Shown here piece by piece: positions 36,868 through 53,600 of a stretch of DNA of 64,000 bases (within the stretch, counting starts at the first letter, position 1; each line of letters opens with the position of its first letter). The position numbers were made by a program, and so were the translations under genes. Source of the stretch: Azolla caroliniana (lineage: Eukaryota; Plantae; Polypodiophyta); the NCBI GenBank assembly GCA_043228905.1, contig JBHGNT010000016.1, positions 16,740,001-16,804,000 of the forward strand. Reading direction: 5' to 3'. A model generated the notes under the pieces. The model searched no databases. It saw only the letters and a list, made by a program, of their open reading frames with translations, and was not told the DNA's origin.

Positions 36868-39039
36868 ATATGCCAGTCAATGCATCCTCTTGATTGATGA
36901 AAGTGAACCAGAGTGCAATGATGAAGCCATTGTTGATGAGCACAGAGAGAAATGGCTGAGTGCGATGCAAGATGATATGGACTCCTTGCATGAAAACTAC
37001 ACCTACGACCTAGTAGAGTTGTTGAAAGGTAAGAGAGCACTGAGGAACAAATGGGTCTACAAGGTAAAGACAGGAGAAGCCGACAACACGCCCAGGTATA
37101 AAGCCCGTATAGTGGTGAAGGGGTTTCAACAGAAAAAGGGCATCAACTTCGACGAGATATTCGCACCAGTCGTGAAAATGACATCCATCCGAACTATTCT
37201 GAGCATAGCTGCTAGGATGAACTTGGAGATCAAACATCTGGATGTCAAAATGGCATTCTTACATGGGAAGCTGGATGAAGATATTTACATGCAGCAACCC
37301 AAGGGCTTTGTAGAGAAAGGGAAAGAGAACCTGGTATGTCGACTGAAGAAAAGCTTGTATGGTTTGAAACAAGCTCCACGCCAATGTTTCAAGAAGTTTG
37401 AATCCTTCATGGTGGAACATGGGTTCTAAATAACACAGGCTGATCACTGTGTGTTCGTAAAAAGGTACAACGATGGAAACTTCTTGATTCTCTTGTTATA
37501 TGTGGATGACATGTTGATAGTCGGTAAAGATACAAAGAAAATCGGAAGCTTGAAGAAAACTCTGCGCAAATCTTTTGCCATGAAAGATCTTGGACTGGCT
37601 AAACAAATCTTGAGGATGCACATAGTTTGAGACAAAACTAAGAAGTTGCTATGGTTGTCAAAAGAGAAGTACGTGAAGAAAATCCTTGAAAGATTCAACA
37701 TGTCGAATGCAAAGCCGGTTGGCTTGGTGTTTGCCAACAAACAACAGGTTGAATGCTAAACAATGCCTGAAAGGGGAGAAAGAAAAGGCTGAGATGAGGA
37801 AACTACCATATGCCTCAACCGTCGGCAATCTTATGTATGCTATGGTTTGCACAAGCCAGACATAGCATTTGTTGTGGGAGCAGTAAGCCGATATATGAGT
37901 AATCCAAGAAGAGAACACTGGGCAACAATGAAATGGATACTGAGGTGCTTGAAAAGCACCTCGCAGGTATGCCTTAGGTATGGTGTTGGAAAACCTATGC
38001 TCAAAGGATTTACCGACTCAAACATGTCGGGGGATGTAGAGTCAAGTCGATCCACATCAGGATATGTGTTGACTTATGCAAGGGGAGCAGTGTTGTGGCA
38101 ATCATGACTGCAGAAATCTGTAGCCTTGTCGACTATAGAGGCGGAGTATATGGCAGCGGTAGACGCCAACAAAGAGCTAATTTGGATGAGAAATTTCCTC
38201 AGTGAGTTGGGAATGAAGCAAAGGGATTTTTTGCTTCATTGTGACAGCCTGAGTGCCATACATCTAGCCAAGAATGTTGCATACCACTCCCAGACTAAGC
38301 ATATACAAAGGAGGTATCACTGGTTGCGGGAGAAAGTCGAAGAAGGAGAGTTTACTCTCTTAAAGATCCATACCGACGAAAATGGATCCAACATGATGAC
38401 TAAGAGCCTGCCAATGGATAGACTTAGAGTTTGTCGACAGAGGACCGAACTAACTTACTCCCTCGCACTGGAGTGAAGGGGGAGTTTGTTGGGAATATGT
38501 CCCTCCAGTGGGCAAAGCTGACTGATCGAGCCGACCAGAGCCGAAAATTGAAGACAAGGAGGAGCCGACTATTCGGAAGTAGCTGACAGTCGAAGAGTCG
38601 ACAATAGAGAGTCAGCTATAAAACTGCTTATTATTATTATAGTTAATAGTAATAGCAATGATATGTATCCGTGGCTCCATTTGTAAACAATCCATATAGG
38701 GTATGAGTATAAATACACTTAGGGCAATACTTTTATATGTGTGTGTAGCTGTAGAAACAGTTGGTGAGCGAGAGAACAAGAGTGAGTGAGAGCGGTGCTA
38801 CAGCTATGTGTGTGCAGCTATAGATGACAAGAGCCATGTGTGGCAACTACACTCGACAAAAAGAGTGTTGTAATCCTCTCCAGATTGTATACCCACTATA
38901 TAGTGAAGATTCGTTCTCCCGTGGTTTTCTCCCGTTTTAGGCTTTCCACGTTAAATCTATGTGCACTATTTTGCTAGTGAGTCTGTGTTGTGTAATTCAG
39001 GGCATTTGTTTTCGTGGATTCACAATTTGATTCTCTACA
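36868..39039 (+). mobile_element. Host Copia RT/RNase H (degenerate), PPT and 3' LTR (38487-~39039)
   Basis: ORFs 36890-37429, 37847-38107 and 38126-38476. GAAGGGGGAG precedes TGTTGGGAATATGTCCCTCCAGTGGG, matching the LTR start at 5917 (minus). Confidence 0.85.
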
Positions 39040-39169
39040 TGAGAGACAAATAGAGAGAGACCTCAGAAGAAGAAGCTATATTAGTGAAAATATAATTACA
39101 TCCAGCAATAAATAAGTTACAAAATGTTGGTTTAAATACCAACTAATTTAGGGCAAATACCGATTCAAA

Positions 39170-39810
39170 CAAGACATAAGATGAATTGGAGATAGTCGAT
39201 TCAATCGAGGAGTTTGATTCGGGAGAGCCGAGTTGTATGACGAGCAAGCGGAGGAGAGGGCAGCCGAAGCCAAACATCAAAACGAAGGATTAGACGTGTC
39301 AAGGGGCACCGATGTCATGACAACGAAGGAGTTGAGATGAGCCCGACAAGCAGACAAGCCAACCGTAAGGGTCGAGGTGCAAAGAACTAAATGAGTCAAA
39401 GGTGCCTTGGACCTTAGGGATCATGGGATGAAGAACTAGACTGAACATGCAATGTGAGCTAGGTGGGAGGATGCTAGAAGGAGTCGGTTACAAAGACTGG
39501 CTACATCTAACAGAATGGACCGACGTCAAGTTGAGCTTCAGGGGGAGCGTTGAGCAAGCACACTCAACATGGGTCCAACTAGCTAGACAAGCTGGTAGGT
39601 AAGACCGGAGTCAATCTTGTTGGCTAGGCCAAGTTTCTGGACTAGATGCTAGATCAACTATAAAAGCTAGATACCAGATCCGGATGATGGACCGGCTGAG
39701 GACGCCGTCCAGAACGTCGCACATGCCAACCTATTTTATTAAATAGGTCCAACGTAGGCAATTAGTGTCAAATGCTTCTTTAAGAGCATTGAAGTACATG
39801 TCAGTACTTC
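39170..39810 (+). mobile_element. Decayed Copia 3' region and partial LTR
   Basis: TCAAGTTGAGCTTCAGGGGGAG PPT context at ~39525-39548 is similar to 11085-11106. Confidence 0.6.
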
Positions 39811-39814
39811 TTAA

Positions 39815-41199
39815 CCTTTTTATAGGTAGTTTGTATTGTAGTATTCTATACACGAGGACAACACTGTGAGAGTTGACCGAGAGTGTAAAGATGGGAGGAT
39901 TACTTTTAATCCTAGGGATTGAGATAACCCTTAACAGCCATGTGTGAACTTGTCTAGGGGCCTTAGGCCTGCTTATAAACATGAAGCCTACCTATCCTCA
40001 TGGAAGACATTATTCGACTATTCGACTATGTTGAAACTGTGATTTTGTGGTTAACAAACTATTGTGGGGAGCGCACACCGGTACCATGTATGATTCAATG
40101 CCATGGTGGTGGTATAGGATACAATACAAGGAATCGGGTCCTTCACAATCCCTTCAGTCAAGGGAGGTTGAGTGAATTGACACTCCTCATTCTCTCTGTT
40201 TCTCTTTACAATCTTTTATCTATTTCCTTATTCTATGCCGACATTAAAAATACTCTCTAATATGTGGCATTAGAGTGACTTTCCTATGTTTCTTTTGTTG
40301 ATTTTTGTTTTCTTTTTTATTCTGATCAATCGATGTTCGTCTGAGGGTTGATCCAGAAAGTCATTCACAAAAGAACTTCAGTATTTCCTTTTTTTCATCA
40401 AAAAAAATAATATTTTTATTCTTTCTTCTCTCATTCTTAAAACATGTTTAGTTCAACTATGTTGTATTGGTCATATTTATAAAACATACATAAATTATGT
40501 ATATGTATGTGTTTTATGTCGTTATTGCGTATTACATATGTTATTACATTTGATATGACGTCAATACCTCAATTGTGTATTACCTACGCTTATATATTTT
40601 GGATGTTGTATGTGCGTAGAGGCTACATGCGTGGATAACATTATTCATTTGTTTATGTTTTGTTAATGATTTTTTTGTATATTCATCTTTAAAAACTTTC
40701 CTAACTTTTCATTACAAGAGTGTGATATTTTAAAGAGGAGAGTATGTTACACGCATTACTATAATTTTATCATGTGGTAACTTGTATTGTAGTATTCTAC
40801 AAGTGAGGATAAAAGCGTGAGAGTTAATTGAGAGTGTAAAGAATGGAGGACTATTTTTAATCCTAAGGATTGAGACAACCGATAAGGCTAAGTGCGAACT
40901 TGCCTGGAGGCCTTAGGTTTGGTTATAAATATGAGGCCTAGATATCCTCATGGAAGACATTATTCGATTATGTTGAGACTGTAATCTTGTAGTGAATCAA
41001 CTCTTCTGGCGAGCGTGTGCCAATACTAAGACTCAATGTCATGGTAGTGGTATGGGACGCCATTCAAGGCTTGGGTGTGTCTCAATTCCCTCACTCGGGG
41101 GTGGTCGGGTTATTTGACACCGTTCTTTCTCTCTCTTTCTCTTTACAATCTTTTATCTATTTCTTTATTTTATGCTTAGACTAGAAATAATCTCTAACA
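39815..41199 (+). mobile_element. TRIM-like non-autonomous LTR element
   Basis: Diverged direct repeats ~39815-40262 and 40745-41199 (TGTTA..TAACA), PBS-like TGGCATTAGAG at 40265, purine tract AAAGAGGAGAG before 40745, ~480-bp non-coding interior. Confidence 0.65.
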
Positions 41200-43282
41200 A
41201 GAAGCCATGGGCTCAAGGTGAAGCACGACATTGTTTATCCATCCTCGTGACAACATTTAGTACACCAATTAGATACATTCCATCTATTATAGCCAATGCT
41301 TGAATCCAATTCATATATGATGAAGAGTCGTGACAAAGAACATCCCTATGTAATCTTCACGCCAAAGAATGACATCCCAATTGAACTCCCAATCGTCATT
41401 GCGATGCAAATAAGCACGTCCACTTCAAACTCACTCATAATTGAATGATATTCTACGAGGAAACATTCCTTTTGCTTTGTTGAGATGAAGATGTGTGGAC
41501 TCTTTGAATGTTGTTGAATCAACACACCATTACACTATGAGGAGCACAAGTGTATTTCCTAAACATACTACGTAATAATCACACACAAAGTATAAACGTT
41601 CACAAGCATACTTGTACAAACTAAAGAGGGAAGATCGCATGAATCATGATTGACACCAACATGCCCATTCAAATTTCGTAATCCTTCATGGAAAAAGCCA
41701 TCAACTCCATCTCCTCAAGTTCAAGTTCGTACATCATTCACACCCTTCTCATCAGTTCTCCCGTCATCAACTTTATATGTGTGTAAATGTGTGTGTTGTG
41801 GTTGTCTAATTGAGTAAATATGGTTGTGCAATGTCCAAATGTACATGCTAATATATATGTGTATGACGTGATGTTTTTATTAGTAAATGATGGTAACACA
41901 ATATCACTATGCATTGTATATGTTTCACTAGAAATGTGAGCATTAATTTGTCTATCTAAGTGTGTAGTTTATGTGAATTTAAACATGGGTTTTAAGTGTC
42001 TAGTGGTCTTGGGATGAGTGTTTAAGTTTCTCGAAGAGATGAGGAAGCTTTACATAGGAGTTTTGATATTTTCATGGGGGAACAAATTAGCATTCCAAAT
42101 AAACGGAAAGACCCTTGTAGATCTTGGACATAAATATTTAACCCCAAAATATGATGAGAAAACAGCATAAGAGAAAATATGGTTCAACTTTCTCTTTTCT
42201 TGCTCAAAAAATGAATTAATATTTAAATGGGCAAGTGGTTGGTTAGGAAACGTGCAAAGCTCCTAAGCCCGTAAAGATGGCATTCTAGCCAAGGTCAATT
42301 TTATCGCTGACAATAGAGAGGTCATGAAAGAAGCTCATTTTGTTCTTAAACTTCAAGGAATTTGTGTGGAACTGGAAATAGATATTGGCCAAGTGAATCA
42401 TATGTAATTAGCCAATTTATACTAATGAGATGTGTCATGCTACTTGATTGCCCAATATTGACGAGAAATTATGTGTATGTAGGAGAAAAAGGTAGGGAAA
42501 CCTGAATCCGTGTGAGACTTACGGCTCAATGTCAAGCCTATAGGCTTGGTTCCTATAGAGTTTGGTGAGAAGGATCCATGTTTATTTGCTCTTGAGTAAC
42601 CCTTTATTCGGGTGGTTTGTAGCATGAAATGATGGCCATCCATGGTGTAGGCTTAGGTGTGCATATTCATTTTTATTATCATTGTAGATTCTCAACTATT
42701 TGCTTTCTAGTTAGGGGGCATCTATATCATTCATTACGTACATAGAATAGTTTGAACTATTGACTCTTTAGTCCCTTTCAGCCCATGACAAGAACTCCAG
42801 CTTTCCCACACACCCAATTAAATGTTTATCTTTGTGACATTTACGGGTTTCTGACTCAATTTACCCAAGTCCTTATTATGTCAGTTGTATTAATAAGAGA
42901 TTTAATCATTTCAACAACTTTTGAAGTTATTTACAATATTGTTTAGTGGAGTTTGATAACTTCCACAAATGCAAAGGCTATTTTAGAAATTATTGCAAGT
43001 TAATATAGAATGTGCCATTGCTTGTAAAATAGCTTATATGAATTATTATTACCTAAAATTAATAGATTTGACAATAAGTTCAATAGCATGTTATGATTTC
43101 ATCATTAATATCATCAATAGTTCAAATTCACAGAAGACCAAAGCTTGAGCAATTTGGCTTTTCGAAATATGATCAGGTGATTTACATACATGGACAATTA
43201 GTTGATGAACCAAAGAAATATGCATGTTATGTATGTCTTATATATATGTTTTTTTTTATGTGTATATATATAATATATATAT

Positions 43283-43527
43283 GGGAAAAGTACCAGGATA
43301 CCCCTGGAAGTTCGTCTATTAGAATGCCCCTGGAAGTTCCAAATTTACCAAACTACCCCTATGTCCAAAAAATTACACTTTATAAAATAATAATACACTC
43401 AAAACTTTGGTAAATAAGGCTAGTTCGGGTCCATTTTTTGGACATAGGGGTAATTTGGTAAATTTGGAACTTCCAGGGGCATTCTGGTAAATAGACGAAC
43501 TTCCAAGGGTATCCTAGCACTTTTCCC
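43283..43527. mobile_element. Mutator-like MITE
   Basis: ~90-bp terminal inverted repeats (GGGAAAAGT...ACTTTTCCC) with TATATATAT on both sides (possible 9-bp TSD, inside a TA microsatellite). Confidence 0.85.
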
Positions 43528-44424
43528 TATATATATATATATATAGACACATCTACATACAAAATACGCATAAACTTTTTATGGGTATGTGATGTATCAT
43601 ATGTTTACACATTTGAAGGAGTATCCTTCAAAACATCTAAGTTTGAAGTTTAGATTGACATATGATTGCCCCCTTAATAATGCAAATGGTGAGTGACAAC
43701 AATTGAATTATGTTTGGCAAAATATAAGATGGTTGGGATGAACATAACACAATCATTCACCACATAACTTTCTTCGTCAACCACTTGGATGATTCTTCAA
43801 AATGCAGTATGCTTCGATAACAAGAAATCAACACTTTCAAGCCTAACAATCTTATTAAATTGCCGAGAAATAAATCCATTATTATTTTCATTATTTATTA
43901 TCCATGCCCTAAACATAAACTCCCTCACTATTGAGACCTTGTATTCATTGTAATAATTTATGATGACCACACCACGCCAATGATCAATGTACATTAGTCA
44001 TCACATAAGTTCTACTTATACTCAAACTTCATGATTTCTTTTTTCATGAAAACTAAACTGAAGGAAAATAGAGCAAAGTACTTAACTAATAACCACACAC
44101 AGTTTTAAGAAATTACTGAATATCTCTCCATAATACAGAAACATTTAAAAACTTATAGTTACTCTACAGAGTACCCAACACAGTTGTGTTGTATTATTGT
44201 GCCCTCCGTTAACTTTGTGATGAGCTAATCAAAACTTATGGTTAGTCTACAATGTACCCAACACAGTGGTGTTGTATTATTGTGCCCTCCATTTAACTTT
44301 GTGATGTACTAATCAAAGAGGAAATTTCACCATTATTGAGATAAACCGGGCTCCAATGCAATTGGCTCATGATGATTTGTGGAAGATGTACAAATGAACC
44401 ATGTGCAAGAAACATTGTCCCAAG

Positions 44425-46100
<1,676 letters not shown>

Positions 46101-47641
46101 AGTTGCTGCTACAGTAACCGATCACTCTACCAATCCTCGTATTTGTTTGGAACAATCGATCCCAACTCACAACTATATATTACATCGCCGCCTCTCAAGT
46201 ACATAAATGCAACTAGCTAGTCAAACAATGATAAACGCAAATACTTTGGAACACAAGCAAACACCAATTTGTTTCTCTAAGAGGATAAAGAGAACCGTCA
46301 AAAACTGTTTTCATAAACCAAAATTTGTCCTTGACTCTACCTCACTTTAGATTGGAGTCTCTTCATTAGAAACATAGAGCTCGCAGATATCCTAACTTTG
46401 TAAATTTTTTGTCACAATTTGTATTTCAAAATCATGAACATGACCCTCATCGTGCGTTCATGCCATTAACAGTGATTCAAAGTTGGTCGGTCCACATCCC
46501 AAATTGAACACAATTACTGGTTTCCTATTTGATAATGTCGAAAGGAAAATTGTCCCTATTGCGCAAGAAAGATGAAGAGTGGTTGTAGGGACCCATAGTT
46601 ATGCTTATAGTGTTCAAGGGTGAGTTAGGTGGAGACATGTGTTCATATTTCAATCACATCTCATCGGATTAATCTGCTCTAACAACTCATACCTTCAAAA
46701 ATTTTAAAACCTCACAAGTCCAAAGTAAACTTTCCAACTCTAAATTTCCTCCATCCTTGAGCCCCAAGATTCCCAAGAAATCAAAAACTCAAACCATCCA
46801 CTATTCGAAAAAACAGAACCTAAAAACACTAGCCTAGACATTTTATAAGACTTTGGAGCTTTCTTGTCCATTAGTTGAGTTTGTATTTGTATTCATATCT
46901 ATGGAGGGGACTTGGTTCGATGTGCCTGCATATGATATTTATGGTCTTAAGTGAGATTTGAACCTGCGCCTTTAGTTTGGAGTCTAGACAACAATGTATT
47001 CTAACAAATTGAAATAATATCTCTTCATTCTTCATATCTTTTATGCATATTGATTTTGATCATTCTAGATTCTCAACTATTTGCTTTCTGATTAGGAGGT
47101 ATTCATATCATCTTTACAAAAAATAATTTGAACTTTTGACCTTTGTGTCATTTGAGAGCCCATGAGTCATGACAAGACCTCCAACTTTGCCACAACACCC
47201 CATTAAATGTTTATGTTTGTGACATTTGTGGTGGCTTTATCATGATAGTTGTATCAATATGATATTTAATCATTTCAACAATGTTAGAATCAACCTACAA
47301 CATTGTACAATCGAGTTTGAAAGTTTCCACAAATGAAACATCATTTGTTAAATTTAAGAAAAAAGAAATTATTAATGGAAGAGACTTAAATTATCTTCCA
47401 TTGAAAGGGTCAGAGATGGATGTAGTATTATTTTATACCCTAAGAGTATAGATCAAACCCAAAACAATTTATTAACAAGAGAAGCATAAATTCTAATGTA
47501 TAGCATATCATAATCACGCCACGCAAATTATCAATGTGTATTAGCCATCACATAAGTTTTACTTATACTCGAACTTTAGCATTGCATTTATTTTTCCTTC
47601 ATTTTCCCTCACCCTCATCCGTATCCATATAGATTTCTATA

Positions 47642-50600
47642 TGTAAATGTTAACATGTGGAAGCTTATGACAAACCGACTCAGCCAGATAGCAACAGAAC
47701 ACAAATACAGGTTTAATGGAACCTCGTGAACACATAGTGCACACAGGAAGAGACAAAGAGAGCAGAACATAAACTCTATATTCAAAAAATAACACTCTGT
47801 ACATACATCGTGCTTCCACAACACTATTTATATGAGTCCTTAAAAGGACTGACAGAAGTACTTATGTACTTCAATGCTCATACGAGCGGCTGGCACTAAC
47901 TATGAAGACAATGACTAGCTAGTTGTCTAAAAGCATAGGCCCCTAATAGCCTTTCGTTTCACACTTGATCCGGCTCTCTGATCCGGATATCATCCAGATA
48001 CAATCAAGCTGAAGCTTGTACAGTCGATCTGGATCCGGTTGAGCTTGTCCACCCAACACTCCCCCTCAAGCTCAAGTTGAGGTCGGATCATGGTATTAGT
48101 GTTTGTGGTAGCCGGTCCTTTCCTCCGGCTCCTTCTGGCGTCCTCTCGCCTTGCTCGCGCTCCTTGTCCAGTCCGGTGTCGCGTTGTTACGTGCGTGCAT
48201 GTAGAAGGGGCGGGACCACGGGGGTCTTGGACTAGGGAGTGGAGGAGGAAGAATAAGACCAAAAATGGAAGTTTAGCTCAAGAGGAGGTGAGAAAGAATA
48301 AGACAATAACATAGAATAGACGAGCAAGATGCTCAACAAGTTAGGTTAAGGAAACATGAACCTTTACAATGGTGGCCGCCATGGCTGCACCAAACGACTA
48401 TGAGAAAAACCCTAAAGGAAAACCCAAGAAGAAAACCCTAACTGAAACCCTAAAACCGAATAGGAAACCCTCGACCTAAGTGGTATGCCTCTCTCCCTCA
48501 AAATAGGCAACCCCTCATAAGTGACCCCTCCCTTCCTTTTATAGCCCAAGGAAGGGGGGACCTTACAATGTGGGATAAAATTCCCCTCTTCTTTCTACAT
48601 ACCATTTCCTAGTATACATGTGCACATATTGCACACCATCGATTTGCCCATTCCACCCCAGTTTCACACTATAGCTGGAAATCTTCACGACATCCACCCC
48701 CACCAAACCGCACATCCACCGGTATGTGCCAAGAAAGGAAAAGGGTGAGAGATTTCGGCGACGGTGATCAACCGGGTCTTTCGCCTTACCGGCACCCAAC
48801 CGTCTTGCTGGTCCCTTGCCGGCGTCGATCCGTCTTGCCGGCTCCTTACCGGCCTCGACCCGCTGGCTCCATCCGATCCACCATGTCCGGCGCACGCACC
48901 TTCTTCTTCGACCGGCCATCCCGAACACCGTTGCCGATCCGGTCTCCCTTCCTTCGCTCACCACGCATGTCCTCTGGTTAGACCCCCGATTACTTCGATT
49001 GCTCGCCGGGTGCCGCTCCTCGCGTATCACGTGTGTTCCACCTCCAGCTCGACCTTCTCCTTGCCCTGAACACCTCGTACCGACTCCCTTCGTTCTGCGC
49101 TCGGCTTCCGTAGGCACTTTCCGTGCGTCGTTGTCGTCCATCAAATGCGCGCTCGTGCTTTGGTCCTTACGTGACCCTGTTACGCGCTCTTGGCTTCTCC
49201 CTCGCTCGTCGTGCTCTCTCGCCGTAGAGCGTACCATCATCCCGACCACCATGTCAGTGTCCTTCGCGACTCCCGTCACCGCTTCATCCCGACTCTCGTC
49301 CTCTTGGCCCGCTTGGCCTGGCATGCCTTCCGGGATGCCGCGCTTCCTCTTCCCGGCACGTAGCCCGTTGCTCTCCACGCACCTCCTCCGGTTCTCAAGA
49401 CATAGCCTTCCATGTTCGCCGATCATCCATTGATACCGGCACCTCACCGCTCCGTCTCTCGCCGCGTGCATTCCTCGCAAAGGCTCGTATGTCCTCCGGG
49501 TGCGCTCCCGAACTCTCTGATCGCACTCCGGATTCCGCCATTTTCGTGTCGCGTATGTTCCTCCTTTGGTTTTATCGTTTCCGCATGCCGAACACCTCAA
49601 CGTGTCGACTCTTCCTGCTCCGCGCTTGCCTTCCATAGGCTCTTCTCGTGCGCCGATGTTGTACCTCGAATATGCGCCCATTCTTTGGCCCTTAGGTGAC
49701 CCCATTCCGCGTTCCTTGCCTCTCCTTTGCCCATCGTGCTCTCTCGCCGTAGAGCGTACCGTCATCCCGACCTCCGTGTTGGTGTCCCTCGAGGCTCTCG
49801 TTACTGCCTCGCCTTGACTCTCGTCCTCTTGGCCCATTTGGCCTCGCATGCCTTCCAGGACGCCGCACTTCCTCTTCTCGGCTCATAGCCCGTTGCTCTC
49901 CACGCACCTCCTCCGGTTCTCAAGACATAGCCTTCCATGCTCGCCGATCATCCTCGTGCTTGTCGTTCAGCCCTTACGTGGCCACATCGCACGTCTCGCA
50001 CTCCGCTCCGCTCTGCGTACCCTTTCGAAAAGGTACGTTGCTTCCCCGACATCCGTGTCGGTGCTCTCGTCTTCGGTGTCCTCCGAAACCTCCGATGTTG
50101 CCACTTCGCCTTGAGGTACACCCTCTTGGTCCGCCTGGCCTGCTCGGCCGCACACATCCTTTGGGATGCCCCGTTTGCTCTTCACAGTACGTGACCCTCC
50201 GTTCTCCACGCATCCCCTCCGTTTTCCCAGACACAATCCTTCGTTCATGTCGATCACGCTCGTCTCGTTTCGTCGATCTTGGCGTCTTGTCGCACCGTCC
50301 GTCGTCCCGCGCTTGCCTCTCGAAGGCTTCCTCCGACCGTCATCGTCGATCACTCGTTGCGGCTCCTTCGAATGCACGCTTGCTTCTTGGCCCTTCGCCA
50401 GCCGTAGTGCATGCTCCGTTTTACGCCGTAGTGCATACTTCGTATTACGTGCCTCATCCACCGTAGACCCGACCTCCGCATTGGTCTCTTCGTCCTTCGT
50501 TGCCGTAGCCCATTCCGACTCGGGCTTGCCGTCTTGGCCCCGCTCGTCCATTATTTCATACCGGATATCTACACCGGTCTCCAACTCCACATCGGCCTCT

Positions 50601-53600
50601 AAGTCCTCGCCGCCACCCGCCGTCTCTTCGGTCTTATGTTGATCCGCAACCGCCGAAGTCTCAAGAATAGGTGTGGAGGGTTTCCCTTGCTCTCCGTCTT
50701 CCGCCAAGCCGTAATCACCGTGCCCGGTTAGCCTCCTGCTCGCGCTCACCGGCTCCCACCGCGTGTTGTGGCTCGTACGCCTCAGCCTCCAATCATGCCG
50801 ACTTAGCCTTCGCCCGGATCGGTCTCGGCCGATCGAGTTCCGGTTTGGTCGACTCCCTTCCGTAACCATAACCGGCCGCTACATGTTTGTCCGCACCAAT
50901 CCGGCCTTGCCGGCTCTTCTTTGGTTCAAGCCTGGTTGACCAGACCCCGCTCCAATCTTCTTCCGCCTCGTGTTCCGGTCGTGTCGGATTATCGACCAGT
51001 TCATCTTCCAATCGGGTCGGTTCCCGACTCTCTCCTCCTTGCCGCTCCCAACCTCTCCATCGGTCCTCTTGTATATGCCCGTTCCGGGCCTCGCATCCTC
51101 ATCTTCGCACGTGTTCGCTCCGGGCCACGCCTCCTCATGGCCACCGCCCTTCTCTCCGGTCTTATGTTGGCATTCGAGCGCAACCGCCGTAGTCTCCGGC
51201 CCCGATGTCGAGGGGTCATGCCTCCGTCCGCTCCCATCTTCCTCGTCGTCATTTCGGTCACCCGCTTTGCCGCCGCCACCTTCCGTCTCTCCGGTCTCAC
51301 GTGGGCTCTCGGTGCCGACCGCTGAAGTCTCTAGAATAGGTGTGGGAAAAATCTCGGTACCATCACTCGCCGATGTCATGTTTGTAGCCACCTTCGTTCA
51401 GACGTCGTGGTTCGTGGCTATCTCGTCCCCGGTTACGCAAGCCTCGGTTATGCTTGCTACCTCCTCGTCCTCGTCCTCGTCTTGGTTGCCCGCCTTGCCG
51501 CCGCCACCGTCCGTCACTCTAGGTCTCACATCGGCTCCTGGGCCGGATGCCGAAGTCTCTAGGGCCGGTTTGCGTAAGGCCGCGGCACCGCCTCTCGTTG
51601 TCTCCATAACCACCTCCATCCAGACGTCGTTATCCGCGGCTACCCCGCCTCCAATCGCGCAAGCCTCGACTACGCTTGCCACCATCTCTTCCATGTCGTC
51701 GTCTCGGTTGCCCGCCTTGCCGCCGCCACCGTCCGTCACTCTAGGTCTCACACCGGCTCTCGGGCCGGATGCCGGAGTCTCTAGAATTGGTGTGGGTAAG
51801 GACCCGGCACCGCCGCTTGTCTCTTCCCCACTCGATGTTTCGGGCGGTTGCACACCACCGATTTGCCCATTCCACCCCGGTTTCACACTATAGCCGAAAA
51901 TCTTCATGACACCGCTTCCGCTTCCCATGACCCATCCAATTCTGTGCTCCTTGACCTCCTTGGTTGGCTTGTCAGCTCAACATGCCCATCTTAGCTTCCT
52001 CGCCACCGTGACTCTGATGCTTGTCAACCCGTCGTTTCCTTCGTATCGGCATCGAGTTATGTTGCCTTATCATCCGCTTGGCCTTTAGTTGATCTGGTTC
52101 TACCCAATCAAATTGTTGAACTAAATCGGTTGCCTTCGATTTGTTCCAGCTCTTGTCCGAGTTGGTAGTCTCCAACTCATCTTCCGTTTTTAGGCCATTC
52201 ACAACATCGGACCATGTCCGGGTCTTGGCCTTCTTCTTCCGATTGGCTCTGCCCTTCTTCACTCTGCCACCACCGTCGCTTGCTCCGATTTGTTCGGATG
52301 TGCCGACTCCTTCAATCGACTCGTCTTCCTTTTTCTTCTCATCTCCCCCTGTCTTGGTCCTTCCTTCCTGTCTACCTCCTTGTCTGGTGCCATTACCTGT
52401 ATACGTTCTCCCCCTCAAGTGCGGCATGTCGAGATGTTGAATGTCGAGCATCTCCGAAAAGTGTTGCAACTTGTCTGATTCGAGTGGCTTGGTGAAGATG
52501 TCAGCAACTTGCTGATCTGTTTGAACATACCGAAGTTCAACTTCACCGCTTAGGACCAGCTCACGGACAAAGTGATAATGCACTTCTATGTGCTTTGTCC
52601 GAGCATGGAATATGGGGTTCTTAGCGAGCTTATGCTGCTTACGTTGTCGCAATAGATTAGGGTGGGGGTTGGTACCTCGATCCAGAGATCTTGCAGCAAC
52701 CTTCGAAGCTAGATGGCTTCATAGGTGGCAACAGTAGCGCCTCGATATTCAGCCTGAGTGCTCAACAAAGCCACTATTGGCTGCTTTTTGTTGCTCCACG
52801 CAACAGCCATGCTACCAAGAGAAAACATATAACCAAAGGGTGATCGGCAATCCAATGCATCACCAGCCAAGTCGGCATCCATATTTGACTAACTTTTCGG
52901 TTATACCATGTTAGTAGAATAGTCCCTTATCCTTAGTGCCGCTAACATACAAGAGTATCCGATCAGCGCACTGGAGGTGCTCCACAATCGGCTTCTGCAT
53001 GAATTGACTAATCATTTCGATCGGATAATTGATGTCAGGTCGGGTGATTGTCAAGTAGATAAGGCTTCCAACAATTTGTCCGAACCGTTTCTCATGGTAG
53101 GCCGGTCTAGAGTCGGGACGTAGCTTCAAGTCCCGGTTCACGGGTGTGGAGATTGGTCGGCACTCGGTCATGCCGAATTTATACAACATATTCAACACGT
53201 AGTGTCGTTGTGAGAGCAATATGCCATCAAGGGTTCGGATCAGCTTGATCCCAAGGAAGTAATGAAGGTCCCCCGGGTCCTTCATTTCAAATGCGTCTGA
53301 CACCTGGGAGTTCACTCAGCCGATTTCATCGAGTCCGGGTTTGGTGATCACTAGATCATCTACATATAGCAGGATACATACCAAACCATCCGAACCTTTC
53401 TAGATGAACAATGAAGCGTCGGACATTGAGGCTACATACCCCATCTTACGCAACCGATGTGTGATTTTCGCATTCCAAGCTCAAATGGGCTTGCTTTAGA
53501 CCGTAGAGTGACTTCTTGAGTCGGCACACTGCCAATTTGTTCATCTCCGACAGAAATCTGGGGGGTTGGATCATATAGACCTGTTCTTCAAGGTCACCTT

